Positions 47,580 to 56,823 of a DNA stretch of 64,000 bases are shown one piece after another. Every line of letters begins with the position of its first letter. Positions within the stretch are counted from its first letter, which is position 1. The translations under genes and the position numbers were made by a program. A model generated the notes under the pieces. It ran no database searches and was not told where the DNA came from. It saw only the letters and a program-made list of their open reading frames with translations. Source of the DNA: Acidobacteriota bacterium (GTDB lineage Bacteria > Acidobacteriota > Thermoanaerobaculia > Multivoradales > UBA5704); contig JBDTZG010000010.1 in assembly GCA_040005235.1 (NCBI GenBank), positions 1 to 64,000 on the forward strand, read 5' to 3'.

Positions 47580-48158
47580 ATGAGCCCTATGCCCGATGAC
47601 TCTCCCATCACCGAAAATCTCCTTTCCTGGAGCGGTGGCGATCCGGCTGGCCTTGAGGAGGTCATGGCCCTGGTGTACGCCGACCTGCGCGAGATGTCGC
47701 GACGCGCGCTCAGGGGCGAGCGCGAGGCCCATACGCTAAATCCAACGGCCCTCGTGCATGAGGTGTACATGCGACTGGCGAAACTCAAGCGGGTCTCGTG
47801 GGAGAACCGCAAGCCGTTCTTCGCCTTCGCCGCCCGGCTTATGCGCAGAGTTCTCGTGGAGCATGCGCGGGCCGCGAACGCGATCAAGCGCGAAGGATTC
47901 GGAAGGCGGGTGGATCTCGAACTCGACGACCTGCCAAACGGCAGACAAACACTGGACGCCCTTCTTCTCGATGACGTGCTCACCCGGCTAGAAGCGCAGG
48001 ACCCCTTTCTCGTACGGCTCATCGAGCTGCGATTCTTCTCGGGGCTCACCGAGGATGAGGCGGCGGCGGTACTCGCGGTGCCACGCACTACTGTGCAACG
48101 AGAATGGCGCGTCGGGAAGCTCTTGCTTGCGGAGATGCTCGGAGGAACGCAGGGGTGA
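47580..48158 (+). CDS. ECF sigma factor, kinase-associated type (TIGR02999-like)
   Basis: LVYADLR, HTLNPTALVHEVY, MRRVLVEHAR, ELRFFSGLT and VQREW motifs. Confidence 0.92.
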   Translation: MSPMPDDSPITENLLSWSGGDPAGLEEVMALVYADLREMSRRALRGEREAHTLNPTALVHEVYMRLAKLKRVSWENRKPFFAFAARLMRRVLVEHARAANAIKREGFGRRVDLELDDLPNGRQTLDALLLDDVLTRLEAQDPFLVRLIELRFFSGLTEDEAAAVLAVPRTTVQREWRVGKLLLAEMLGGTQG

Positions 48159-51100
48159 TCGATCTAGGGCGGTGGAACGAGATCAAAGAGATCGTGCAGG
48201 CAGCGCTCGACCTGCCCGAAGAGGAACAAGCGGCCTATATCAAGGACACCTGCGAGGGCGATGTCGAGCTGCAAAACCAGGCAGCCGTTCTCCTATCCGT
48301 CTCAGCGACTCAGGCCGACGCCTACGACAACCTCGTCGTCAGGCCGCCGAACTTCTACGCTCCGGAGTTCAAGGATGGCGATGAGATCGGCCCGTACAAG
48401 ATCCTGCGCCCATTGGGCAAGGGTGGCATGGGAAGCGTATACCTCGCCGAGGACACGAGGCACGACCGACAGGTCGCCCTCAAAGCCCTTACCTTCCGCA
48501 GCCAAGTTCCGATGCGCGAACAGCGAGCCCTCGCCAAGCTCAACCACCCCAACATCGCCGCCCTCTACGACAGCGGACAGACAGCCGACGGATCTCCTTT
48601 CTTCGTCATGGAGTTCGTGGATGGCGTGCCCATAACAGAGTACTGTGAGTCGCATAGTCTCTCGGTAAAGAAACGCCTGCGCCTCTTCTTGGCGGCTTGC
48701 GAGGCGGTCGCCTATGCGCACCGCAACCTCGTCGTGCATCGTGACATCAAGCCGGGAAACATCCTGGTCACCGACGATGGCATGCCGAAACTCCTCGACT
48801 TCGGCATCGCAAAGAACCTCTCCCCGTCACTCCTGGAGGGGACAATAACTGCCCAAGCAGATCGCCCGATGACCATCGCATTCGCGAGCCCCGAGCAGCT
48901 CTCCGGTGATGTCACATCGACGTCGACCGACATCTATTCGCTCGGTGTCCTCCTCTGCTTAATGCTAACGGATCGCCTCCCGTACCCGGTGAAGAGCCTC
49001 CATGATCTTCCATGGGCCGTGCGGAATATGGAACCCGAAAGACCAAGCCAGCTCGTGCGGAAGCCAGCGCAAAATGAGGAAGATATCGAACTGGTTCCCG
49101 CATCGACTGTACCGCCTTCCCGAAAGCTCGTGCGCTCCCTAACTGGGGATCTCGACGCAATTGTTCTCAAAGCTCTTCGCAAAGAGCCCGAGCGTCGCTA
49201 CCAGACCGTCGCCGAACTCGCAGCCGATATTGGTCGCCATTTGAACGACGAGCCGGTGTCTGCCAGAAAAGGGTCGAATCGATATCGGGCAGGGAAGGTC
49301 ATTCAACGCCATCCGATTGGCGTAGCTGTGGGTGGCATCGTTACGCTTGTTCTCTTGGGTTTTTCGATTTTGCTTCTGGGACAATACCGACGCGCGCTCC
49401 GGGGAGAACGCCAAGCTTCGAATCAAGCAGAACGTACCCGACACGTGAATCGCTTTGTCATCAATCTTCTTCGCAGGACAAATCCCTTGGACCAGCTCAG
49501 CGACTCAAATGCGTCAATAGAGGAGCTTCTCGACCAATCATCCCGAACTATCACGACGAGCCTGAATGACTATCCTGACATCAAAGCTTCCCTCCTCAGT
49601 GTACTCGGGGAAATATTAGATGGCCGGGATGATGATGCAAGAGCCAAACGCCTCCTGGAGCAGGCGCTCGAGCTTCAACGGCGCGGACCGCGCGACTTGT
49701 CTCTCGCTGAAACTCTCCAACGATATGGGACTGTCCTGACGAGTCTGGGGCAGTACCGAGAATCGGATGCCATCCTGGCCGAAGCGAAAGACATCGTAAC
49801 TACAACCGCGGAACAAGGAGATCCAGTACTTGAGTCACATATTCTATTGGCAGCCGCGATTAACAGGATTCATCAAGCTGACTTCGACTCCGCTCGCCAA
49901 CTTTCTCAAGAAGCACTCCTCTCTCTCCGCCACTCGCCCAACAGTCTCCCAGAGCTGGCGACGTCGCTCCTCGCCCTTGGCCGAATACTCGCAGAGAAGG
50001 ATCGAGATGCGGAAGCCGAGGCACTTTTCCGCCAAGCGCTCTCCTATGCTGAGAGAATGCACGATGCAAGAAATCTACACGTCGGACTAATAATGGATTC
50101 CTTAGGTGGCCTCCTATACAAGCGAGGTGACTACACTAGTGCTCAAAAGATGTACCTTCAAGCACTAGATATTGAGCGCACCACAATGGGCGTCGGCAGT
50201 GAGAGCTATGCAACTACGCTTCATAACCTCGGCGCGAACGCGTCCGCTCAAGGGCACTATGATGATGCGCTGGAAAAGTACATGCAGGCGGTTGCGATAT
50301 ATGAAAAAAAACTTCCCCCGAACCATCAACGTACTCTCATAGCACGAAATCAGCTGGCCACTACTCTCGTGCAACTTGGCCGACATGATCTCGCTGAGAA
50401 ACAACTTCTAGAGATTCTTACCACGGAACGGGCAACGCTTTCAAATAATCACCCTGCGGTCGCCTCGACTCTGAACAACCTAGCATACCTCTACAGCGAT
50501 CAGGGCCGATTTCAGGAGGCGGAGATTTGCTATAAGGAAGCTCTGGATATATTTCTAGGGCTAGTCGGTCGCAATAGCCGGCCCGTTGCGACAATGCATG
50601 GCAACCTTGGAAATATCGCCCGCAACAAAGGAGAGAACCGAATTGCGAGGCGCCACTTTGAAGAGGCACTAGAGATAACGCGAGGAATTGACGGGGGAAG
50701 AATTCCAGATACCGTTACAGCCCTGTCAAACCTCGCAGCCTTCTATATTTCAACCGGTGAGCTGACCAAAGCTCATGAACTTGTTACTGAGGCGGTCTCA
50801 CTCGCCGAATCGGTGGTAGGTCATGCTAACCCACTTACCGGGTCTATCCACTCCCTGGAGGCAAAACTCCTCTTGGCTGAGGGTGATATTCCGGGGGCGC
50901 TTTCACAAGTTCGACAGGCGCGAGCGATCTTGTTAGGAACTGTTCCCGAAAAGGATTGGAAGGTTGCTATCACAACTAGCCTGCTCGGAGCGGCCCTTGG
51001 CCAGTCAGGTCGAATCGAAGAGGCCGAGAAGTTACTTCTTGGGTCGCTATCCGAACTTCGCAGAATCAAAGGTCCCCACTCGCTTCCTGCTCTAGAGGCT

Positions 51101-51169
51101 CAGGAGAGAGTCCGCGTGTTCTACAAGAGCATCGGGCGTGGCGGCGCGGCTGCAAAGTATAGGAGGTAG
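48155..51169 (+). CDS. Membrane Ser/Thr protein kinase with C-terminal TPR repeats
   Basis: LGKGGMG, VALK, HRDIKPGN, DFG and ASPEQ motifs, one TM helix, many TPRs. GTG start overlaps the sigma stop. Confidence 0.93.
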   Translation: MIDLGRWNEIKEIVQAALDLPEEEQAAYIKDTCEGDVELQNQAAVLLSVSATQADAYDNLVVRPPNFYAPEFKDGDEIGPYKILRPLGKGGMGSVYLAEDTRHDRQVALKALTFRSQVPMREQRALAKLNHPNIAALYDSGQTADGSPFFVMEFVDGVPITEYCESHSLSVKKRLRLFLAACEAVAYAHRNLVVHRDIKPGNILVTDDGMPKLLDFGIAKNLSPSLLEGTITAQADRPMTIAFASPEQLSGDVTSTSTDIYSLGVLLCLMLTDRLPYPVKSLHDLPWAVRNMEPERPSQLVRKPAQNEEDIELVPASTVPPSRKLVRSLTGDLDAIVLKALRKEPERRYQTVAELAADIGRHLNDEPVSARKGSNRYRAGKVIQRHPIGVAVGGIVTLVLLGFSILLLGQYRRALRGERQASNQAERTRHVNRFVINLLRRTNPLDQLSDSNASIEELLDQSSRTITTSLNDYPDIKASLLSVLGEILDGRDDDARAKRLLEQALELQRRGPRDLSLAETLQRYGTVLTSLGQYRESDAILAEAKDIVTTTAEQGDPVLESHILLAAAINRIHQADFDSARQLSQEALLSLRHSPNSLPELATSLLALGRILAEKDRDAEAEALFRQALSYAERMHDARNLHVGLIMDSLGGLLYKRGDYTSAQKMYLQALDIERTTMGVGSESYATTLHNLGANASAQGHYDDALEKYMQAVAIYEKKLPPNHQRTLIARNQLATTLVQLGRHDLAEKQLLEILTTERATLSNNHPAVASTLNNLAYLYSDQGRFQEAEICYKEALDIFLGLVGRNSRPVATMHGNLGNIARNKGENRIARRHFEEALEITRGIDGGRIPDTVTALSNLAAFYISTGELTKAHELVTEAVSLAESVVGHANPLTGSIHSLEAKLLLAEGDIPGALSQVRQARAILLGTVPEKDWKVAITTSLLGAALGQSGRIEEAEKLLLGSLSELRRIKGPHSLPALEAQERVRVFYKSIGRGGAAAKYRR

Positions 51170-51230
51170 GCTTGGAACTCTGCCAGCCCTTCCTGAGGTA
51201 CGAGGCGCTATTGTAATTCTGACTTAACCG

Positions 51231-52391
51231 CTAGGTCCAGGCACTAAATGGCTTGCTCGGCTCCCCCTCGATCATGAGCCGCAGGTAGGCCGAGAAGTTC
51301 GGCAACGACAGGAGGTCGTTCGCCTCGAAGGTGGGCGACAGCTCCCGTGCGACGGTTGGGGCGTCCAAGGCTCCCACCCGGAAGGAGATGAACGTCCCCG
51401 CGTTCCCGAAGACCGCATCTCGTACCTCAGTTTCAAGCTGGGAGAGGTACTGATGGGCCAGGATGAGATTGAGCCGATACTTCCGCAGCTCGGAGAGCAT
51501 GGTCGCCAGGGTGAGTGTCGCGAAGGTGTGGAACTCGTCGAGGTACAGGTAGAAGTCTCTGCGCTCCTCCACCGGCCGATCGGCGCGCTCCATCGCCGCC
51601 AGGGAGAGGTGCGACACCAAGAGCGATCCGAGAAGCGCCGCCGGTCCCTCCCCCAGCTTGCCCTTGGCGAGGTTCACCACCAGGATCTTTCCCTCGTCCA
51701 TGATGTGGCGAAGGTCAAAGGAGTTGTGCTTGCCGCTGAGGACGGAATGCAGGAGGGGATCGGTCAGGAAGGCGCCGACCTTGTTGAGGAGCGGTGCGGT
51801 CACCACCGCTCGAAATGCTGGCGAGTACCCCGCGAACTCCTTCTCCCAAAACGCCCGGACCATCTCATTGGAGACTCGCCGTACGAGCGTTCCTCGGAAC
51901 TCGCGATCCGAGAGAAGCCGTGGGATATCGGCAAATGAAGCATCGCCCGCTTCCAGGAGCGTAAACACGACGTTCCGGAGGAGATGCTCCAGGCGCGGCC
52001 CCCACTCGTCCGGCCATAGCTTCTTGAACACTTCGACCAAGCCCGCTGTCGCAAGTGCCTGTTTCTCTTTTGGGATGTCAGCGAAGGGGTTAAAGTGCCA
52101 GACGAACGACTTATCGGGCACGTTGAGGTAGATGAGGTCTCCACGCCTCTTGGAAGGAACCTGGGACACGATCTGTTCCGCGAGGTCGCCATGTGGGTCA
52201 AAAAGCGCGAGCCCTTCCCCAGAAGCGATGTCTTGAAGCACGAGCGTCTTCAAAAGCGTTGACTTGCCGGTGCCTGTCTTCCCGATCATGTATATGTGAT
52301 TGCGGCGGTCGGCCCTGCGGATACCGAAAGGTGTTCCTGCGTTGCGGTGATTGGCACGGGCAAAATATGTGATGTCACGGTCACGATGCAT
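51231..52391 (-). CDS. Second VirD4/TraD-like ATPase (catalytic domain only, no TM segment)
   Basis: GKTGTGKS, FDPHGDL, YLDEFH and LRKYRLNLILAHQY motifs. Confidence 0.88.
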   Translation of the reverse strand: MHRDRDITYFARANHRNAGTPFGIRRADRRNHIYMIGKTGTGKSTLLKTLVLQDIASGEGLALFDPHGDLAEQIVSQVPSKRRGDLIYLNVPDKSFVWHFNPFADIPKEKQALATAGLVEVFKKLWPDEWGPRLEHLLRNVVFTLLEAGDASFADIPRLLSDREFRGTLVRRVSNEMVRAFWEKEFAGYSPAFRAVVTAPLLNKVGAFLTDPLLHSVLSGKHNSFDLRHIMDEGKILVVNLAKGKLGEGPAALLGSLLVSHLSLAAMERADRPVEERRDFYLYLDEFHTFATLTLATMLSELRKYRLNLILAHQYLSQLETEVRDAVFGNAGTFISFRVGALDAPTVARELSPTFEANDLLSLPNFSAYLRLMIEGEPSKPFSAWT

Positions 52392-52468
52392 GTCACGATC
52401 ATGAGTGACCTTAGCCGTTCTTCAAAGAATCCAAAAAGAGCCATTGCGGACTGATTGTCACCCCATAC

Positions 52469-52499
52469 AAAAAGCTCCCTCGGTTAAACCGTGGGAGCT
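52469..52499 (-). terminator. Intrinsic terminator
   Basis: AGCTCCC.CGGTT / AACCG.GGGAGCT stem followed by a T-run on the minus strand. Confidence 0.65.
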
Positions 52500-52552
52500 G
52501 AAAGAACAAACATCATCCCTTCAGAGAGACAGTGGGCTTCATCGCCGCTCCC

Positions 52553-52837
52553 TCAATACTCGTCCGGGAGCAGGAGACACGTCGAGGAGCGATCGGCTTC
52601 GGTGACCACCCACAGCTTGACACCTTGTGAGGTGTAGTACGACGACATAAGGCGACTACCAGTCATGAGGGCAAGGGTGTTGGCCGCTTTGTCTTCGTCT
52701 GACAGCTCGCCCCAATCGCCGGCGACATGCCGGTCAAGGTAGAGGCTGGGGGCCTCGCCACCCTCCTTAAGGGCTGCGAGGGCTTCTGGTGTTGCCACGA
52801 TACGTCCGAGTTCAAATAGCAGCGCGGTCAGGATCAT
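52553..52837 (-). CDS. Conserved plasmid/ICE-type small protein
   Basis: LG.IVATP, RH..GDWG, D..AN..AL and TEADRS.T..LLPDEY motifs. Confidence 0.82.
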   Translation of the reverse strand: MILTALLFELGRIVATPEALAALKEGGEAPSLYLDRHVAGDWGELSDEDKAANTLALMTGSRLMSSYYTSQGVKLWVVTEADRSSTCLLLPDEY

Positions 52838-52880
52838 GAAGATCCTCCTTTCGTCGTTGGTTTTGGTTGGAGGTTTGGAG

Positions 52881-53717
52881 CTACGCGACTGCCCGAGCGG
52901 GCGTGAGGTCGGATAGACGTTCCGCTTCGTCGAGCAGGTAGGAAACGCACCGACACGTCCGTTCGAGGAGTTCGGTACAGACCGGCAACACCTTCCGGTC
53001 GTGCTTTTTGCAGTAGATCTCGATGTACCGGTAGGCGCCGCCTGGATCGCTCTTGTCGGGATGTCCGAGGCACTCCAGAAGGATCGCGCCGCCGAGCTCC
53101 GCTACCACCTCGCTTGCCAGTCCTTGACCGGTATGCGTTCCGAGGCGGTGATCGGCCGCGTGTACCAATTCGTGCGCCCAGGTGGAGAGGTTCTCGGTTG
53201 CAAGGCCGATCCCCACGCCGGCCGAGAAGTAACCAAGCGCTTCGGGACTGTCCCTGATGGAATAGGTACCCACCGACAGACCCCAGGCCAGGGCAACCTC
53301 GATCAACGGGAGGGCGCTGAGGAAAGCCGCTTCATCCTCGGCGCCAGGAAGTGGCTTGCCGTGCGTCTGGAGATATCCAAAGACGGCGATCGGCTGGTAG
53401 CCGATCAAAACCCTCCGGTCTGCATTTCCGCTCTCTTGAGAGCCGTCCTCATCCTTCTTGAGCCTTGGTGCGAGGATGTAGAAGGAACGGGCGCCCTTCT
53501 TCACGTTTCGACCGAGTTGCTCCCACTGCCGGAACCCTGCCGCGTACACATGCCCACGGAGTATTCCGACGGTGCGGTTAGTCCACGTCCAGTGCTTCGA
53601 GGGAACTTCGATGTCTCGCCGGATGAATACTTGGGCGAGCGCTGCCGGCAGGGCCCCGGTCTGAAAAGCCGTGAGGAGGTCGTGTGCGATGGCTTGGATC
53701 TTCTCGTTCGCCGCCAC
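52881..53717 (-). CDS. ardC: ArdC-like antirestriction / ssDNA-binding protein
   Basis: GFRQW..LGRNVKKG...ILAP, HELVH zincin motif and EVVAE. Confidence 0.78.
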   Translation of the reverse strand: MAANEKIQAIAHDLLTAFQTGALPAALAQVFIRRDIEVPSKHWTWTNRTVGILRGHVYAAGFRQWEQLGRNVKKGARSFYILAPRLKKDEDGSQESGNADRRVLIGYQPIAVFGYLQTHGKPLPGAEDEAAFLSALPLIEVALAWGLSVGTYSIRDSPEALGYFSAGVGIGLATENLSTWAHELVHAADHRLGTHTGQGLASEVVAELGGAILLECLGHPDKSDPGGAYRYIEIYCKKHDRKVLPVCTELLERTCRCVSYLLDEAERLSDLTPARAVA

Positions 53718-53727
53718 GGCCAGCCTC

Positions 53728-53976
53728 CTAGATCACACCCGCGAGAATGAGGGCGCTGGTGACCGTTCCTGTGTCGCACACCTCGCACCACCCCGCATCC
53801 TGGTCAGGTTCGTATTCGGTGATGTAGTCGCATCCACCGTTGGTGCAGATGCCCGGCACCACGCTGTCGATGGCAGCGCTATCGAGCAACTCATCGACAC
53901 TCATGCCGTTTGCGTCCGCAAGCTCCTCCAGCTTCGTTGTCCGCAGTTTCCGATCTATCGTTCGCCGTTCGTACAT
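53728..53976 (-). CDS. Small Zn-ribbon-like protein
   Basis: C....C and CEVC pairs, GGAAG RBS-like sequence. Confidence 0.7.
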   Translation of the reverse strand: MYERRTIDRKLRTTKLEELADANGMSVDELLDSAAIDSVVPGICTNGGCDYITEYEPDQDAGWCEVCDTGTVTSALILAGVI

Positions 53977-54086
53977 CCCACTTCCTCCTTTCCCGTGGTT
54001 GTGGTGATACTTCGTCCTGTGAATGGACACACGTGCGCCATAGGCACTGCTCCTTTCGTCCTCTTGATTGGTCCAGCAGGGAGCTG

Positions 54087-54563
54087 TTACTTCGACAACG
54101 CAGCGAGCGCGAGCGACACAGCGTCAAAGATGTTCATGCGCTCGTCTTCGCTCATCCAGGGTTTGCGGAACCGCGGGAGTCGCGGAGCAAGCTCGGGAAA
54201 AACTCGGGAGATTGCTTCGGCGATCTCTTGCTTGGTGACCGCCGGCTTAAGTACATCTCGCACACGCGCTCGCGAGACGCGAACAACGGGGAGCCCCCGA
54301 TGCTTCGCGAGATCCTCAATATCTTTGATGAGATGACACGCCCGCGTCCTTCGTCGCGTGCCACGGCCGTCCTCAAGAACTAGGAGGTCAGGGAGGCACC
54401 GATCGAATAATTGTTCTGCCCGGGAGAGGATCTTGGCGTCCGTACGCAGGAGCACATGGACCAATCCCCAATCGATGAGATCCTCAGACCCTTCAAGCAC
54501 CGCGTAAGCAAAGCCGCGCGTAGTGGGATCGATCGCAACGACTCGTATCGTCTGATGCTTCAT
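54087..54563 (-). CDS. RuvC/RNase H-fold nuclease-like protein
   Basis: VVAIDP..RGFAYAV, LVLE, TKQEIA and FDAV acidic motif layout. Confidence 0.7.
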   Translation of the reverse strand: MKHQTIRVVAIDPTTRGFAYAVLEGSEDLIDWGLVHVLLRTDAKILSRAEQLFDRCLPDLLVLEDGRGTRRRTRACHLIKDIEDLAKHRGLPVVRVSRARVRDVLKPAVTKQEIAEAISRVFPELAPRLPRFRKPWMSEDERMNIFDAVSLALAALSK

Positions 54564-54577
54564 GAAAACTATAAGGA

Positions 54578-54922
54578 CTAATTCCGCACGCGTCGCACCA
54601 GCCCTTCAAGGAAGAGACGCTTGTGCCGAGTCGCCGACGACTCATCGCCTAATCGAACAAGCTCTCCAATGAGTCGAATTGCTCGTTCTTCGATCAGCGA
54701 ACGTGCTCTCTCATATTCCCCTGGGAAGAGTGCTGAAGCCGGCACACCGAAGAGAGCCTCGTAAGCGAATGCATGAGGGAGAGAAAGCCCTCGGCGTGCA
54801 GCCTCGTGTCGAGAGACTGTCGTACTTGAAACAGCGTCAATGAGCGCCGCGACTTCCTTCTGTGAAAGGCCAGCGCGTTTGCGGTGCGTGCGGAGGTATG
54901 TGTGTAATGATGCCTTCGACAT
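54578..54922 (-). CDS. XRE-family HTH protein
   Basis: LRTHRKRAGLSQKEVA..VSRHE. Confidence 0.82.
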   Translation of the reverse strand: MSKASLHTYLRTHRKRAGLSQKEVAALIDAVSSTTVSRHEAARRGLSLPHAFAYEALFGVPASALFPGEYERARSLIEERAIRLIGELVRLGDESSATRHKRLFLEGLVRRVRN

Positions 54923-55033
54923 GGCGCCGCTAATGATATTGTTTGACAGATAAGAAAAAAGATATCGAAATGTGCCGCTCTGGCACGTTGTGAAACCGTA
55001 AGAAGAGCCGCCGTTCTGGCGGCTGGTGCAAGC

Positions 55034-55168
55034 GTGGACTTCGTGGACGTAGGGGACGTTCCTCAGGCATCCGAGAGCTGGCGAGGTCAAGCAATATGGC
55101 CCTGATTTGGCCTAGCGGTTCACCGCCGCGCCGTCCTCTTCCTCGTCCCCGATGTCCCCTATGTCTAC
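55034..55168. repeat. Two convergent triplets of 9-bp iteron-like repeats
   Basis: Plus strand GTGGACTTC GTGGACGTA GGGGACGTT (55034-55060). Minus strand GTAGACATA GGGGACATC GGGGACGAG (55168-55142). Confidence 0.6.
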
Positions 55169-56491
55169 CTGCGGTGTGCTCGCTGAAGGCATGACGTTGT
55201 ATCGCTTCGCAAGCTTAGTAAGACGTTCCATGTCTTCTCCGGGTAACACGTAGTTGCCCTGGCGCTTGCGAGGCGAAAGCCCAAGGCGCCGGAGAATGGC
55301 CCCAACAGCACGGGGTGACAGAGGTGCCCCACCGTCATTCCCCGAGAGCTGTCCTGCGATTAACTTCACGGGGACCACTCCCGAGAACCTCTCTCGCAAG
55401 GCAAGGGCGGCGGCTACAACATCGGCCTCAATCGAGTCACTCCGCAGGTTGCGTAGATTGATACTCGCCTGCCGTGCAAAGGCAAGGAGCCGCACCCGGC
55501 TATTCTCGTCATCAACCGAAGCCAGGAGTGATGCAAAGACCTGGGCGATCCGGGGTTCAAGCGTACGGAGTTCGGGGATATCAAGAGCATCCGTCCGGCC
55601 CGCTTCCCGGAGGCGGTACATCAAAAGCTGATTGCGGATTGTGAGGGCCTGGTGCTCGAATTCGGGCGGAAGATTGAGCGGGATGTCCGATCGGACATCG
55701 CCCTGTCCCAGATGCGCCGTGATGCAGCGGCTCTCTAGGGCCGGATCATCAAAGTAGTGGCGGGTCGAAATGAGCTTCGGACCGAACACCTTGAATGCCC
55801 GAGGATTGAACTCCCCTGTGGGGGTAGTATCGGTTCGCAGCACCGGAAAGCCCTTGGCGTTGCCATTGTTGAGGATCTTCACAATCTCGGCCTTTTCGTC
55901 CGAGAACCGGAAATCACCCTCGTCCAAGACCAGCGTCCCACCGACGGCATCGAGAATCCGAAACAGCGGGGACACGGTCGATGCTCCAGAGGCAAAGATA
56001 GGCCGGTAGACGATCGAGCCCACGGTGGTGAGGAAGCGTGATTTGCCAGAGCCGTAGTCGCCCAAAACCCGCAGGTATGGGAGGTCGGGAAAGTCGTCGT
56101 ACCGCCACGAGAAGCACACGTAGTGAGCGGCGACTTCCTCGAAGTCTGGCGGAAGGTCAACGTAGCGATGGATGAAGCCGCGCACCAGCGCACGAAGTAC
56201 CGGCTCAGCCTGGTACTCCGTTGCTTCAGACGGAAGGAGGATCGCCTTGTGGGTTATGAGGTTGTTCTCTGCCGAGTACGGCACGAGGAGCCTGCCGTTG
56301 GGAAGCTCGACGCTTTCCGCTTCCCGAGCTTCTCCGTCCCGCGCGACGACAAAGAGCGTTTTACGCTCCTGCGGACGGTATAACAGCTCGACCATTGTGC
56401 CGTCAGGAAGACGCGCCGAGACCGCCGGCAGTTTGCGCCCGGACTCCTGCCGCTCTGTCTTCGCCGCGTCTTTCTTCGTTTGATCCTGCAT
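55112..56491 (-). CDS. P-loop NTPase, probable replication (helicase/primase-associated) protein
   Basis: Walker A GDYGSGKS, Walker B LVLDE, ILNNG, ALESRC and a C-terminal wHTH-like segment. Confidence 0.72.
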   Translation of the reverse strand: MQDQTKKDAAKTERQESGRKLPAVSARLPDGTMVELLYRPQERKTLFVVARDGEAREAESVELPNGRLLVPYSAENNLITHKAILLPSEATEYQAEPVLRALVRGFIHRYVDLPPDFEEVAAHYVCFSWRYDDFPDLPYLRVLGDYGSGKSRFLTTVGSIVYRPIFASGASTVSPLFRILDAVGGTLVLDEGDFRFSDEKAEIVKILNNGNAKGFPVLRTDTTPTGEFNPRAFKVFGPKLISTRHYFDDPALESRCITAHLGQGDVRSDIPLNLPPEFEHQALTIRNQLLMYRLREAGRTDALDIPELRTLEPRIAQVFASLLASVDDENSRVRLLAFARQASINLRNLRSDSIEADVVAAALALRERFSGVVPVKLIAGQLSGNDGGAPLSPRAVGAILRRLGLSPRKRQGNYVLPGEDMERLTKLAKRYNVMPSASTPQVDIGDIGDEEEDGAAVNR

Positions 56492-56598
56492 CCTCCTACG
56501 ATATGCACGATCGAGTTACGAACAAGGAGGGGGTTTCTTCTCTTCCGGCACGAAGCGGTTTCTTTTTTCGTTAGCCTCGATCCTCTATCGTCGCTCTC

Positions 56599-56781
56599 AT
56601 GAACGCGGCTCCCGATCCATCCGACGATTTCGTCATCACCTTCGCACCGGACGCAACGCCCGAAGAGGAAGAGCGCTTCCTCACCGAACTTGCGCATGCA
56701 ATTATAGCGATTGCACGGCATCTTGTCGCTCAAGAGGACGAACAGTCCGACGGGAGCGAGTCGGACACTATCGAGTTCTAA
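56599..56781 (+). CDS. Small acidic protein A upstream of recombinase 2
   Basis: 60 aa, paralog at 58582-58773. Confidence 0.6.
   Translation: MNAAPDPSDDFVITFAPDATPEEEERFLTELAHAIIAIARHLVAQEDEQSDGSESDTIEF
56623..56709 (+). repeat. 87-bp direct repeat, copy 1
   Basis: Identical to 58603-58689 except for one base (ccG/ccC). Confidence 0.9.
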
Positions 56782-56823
56782 GACGCTTGCCAAATTCGGT
56801 CAAGGCTGTATCATCAAAAACCT

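Noticed and set aside
52372-52410. Short TCACG repeats at the start of the second VirD4-like gene
   Set aside because: Too short and irregular to support an operator call.
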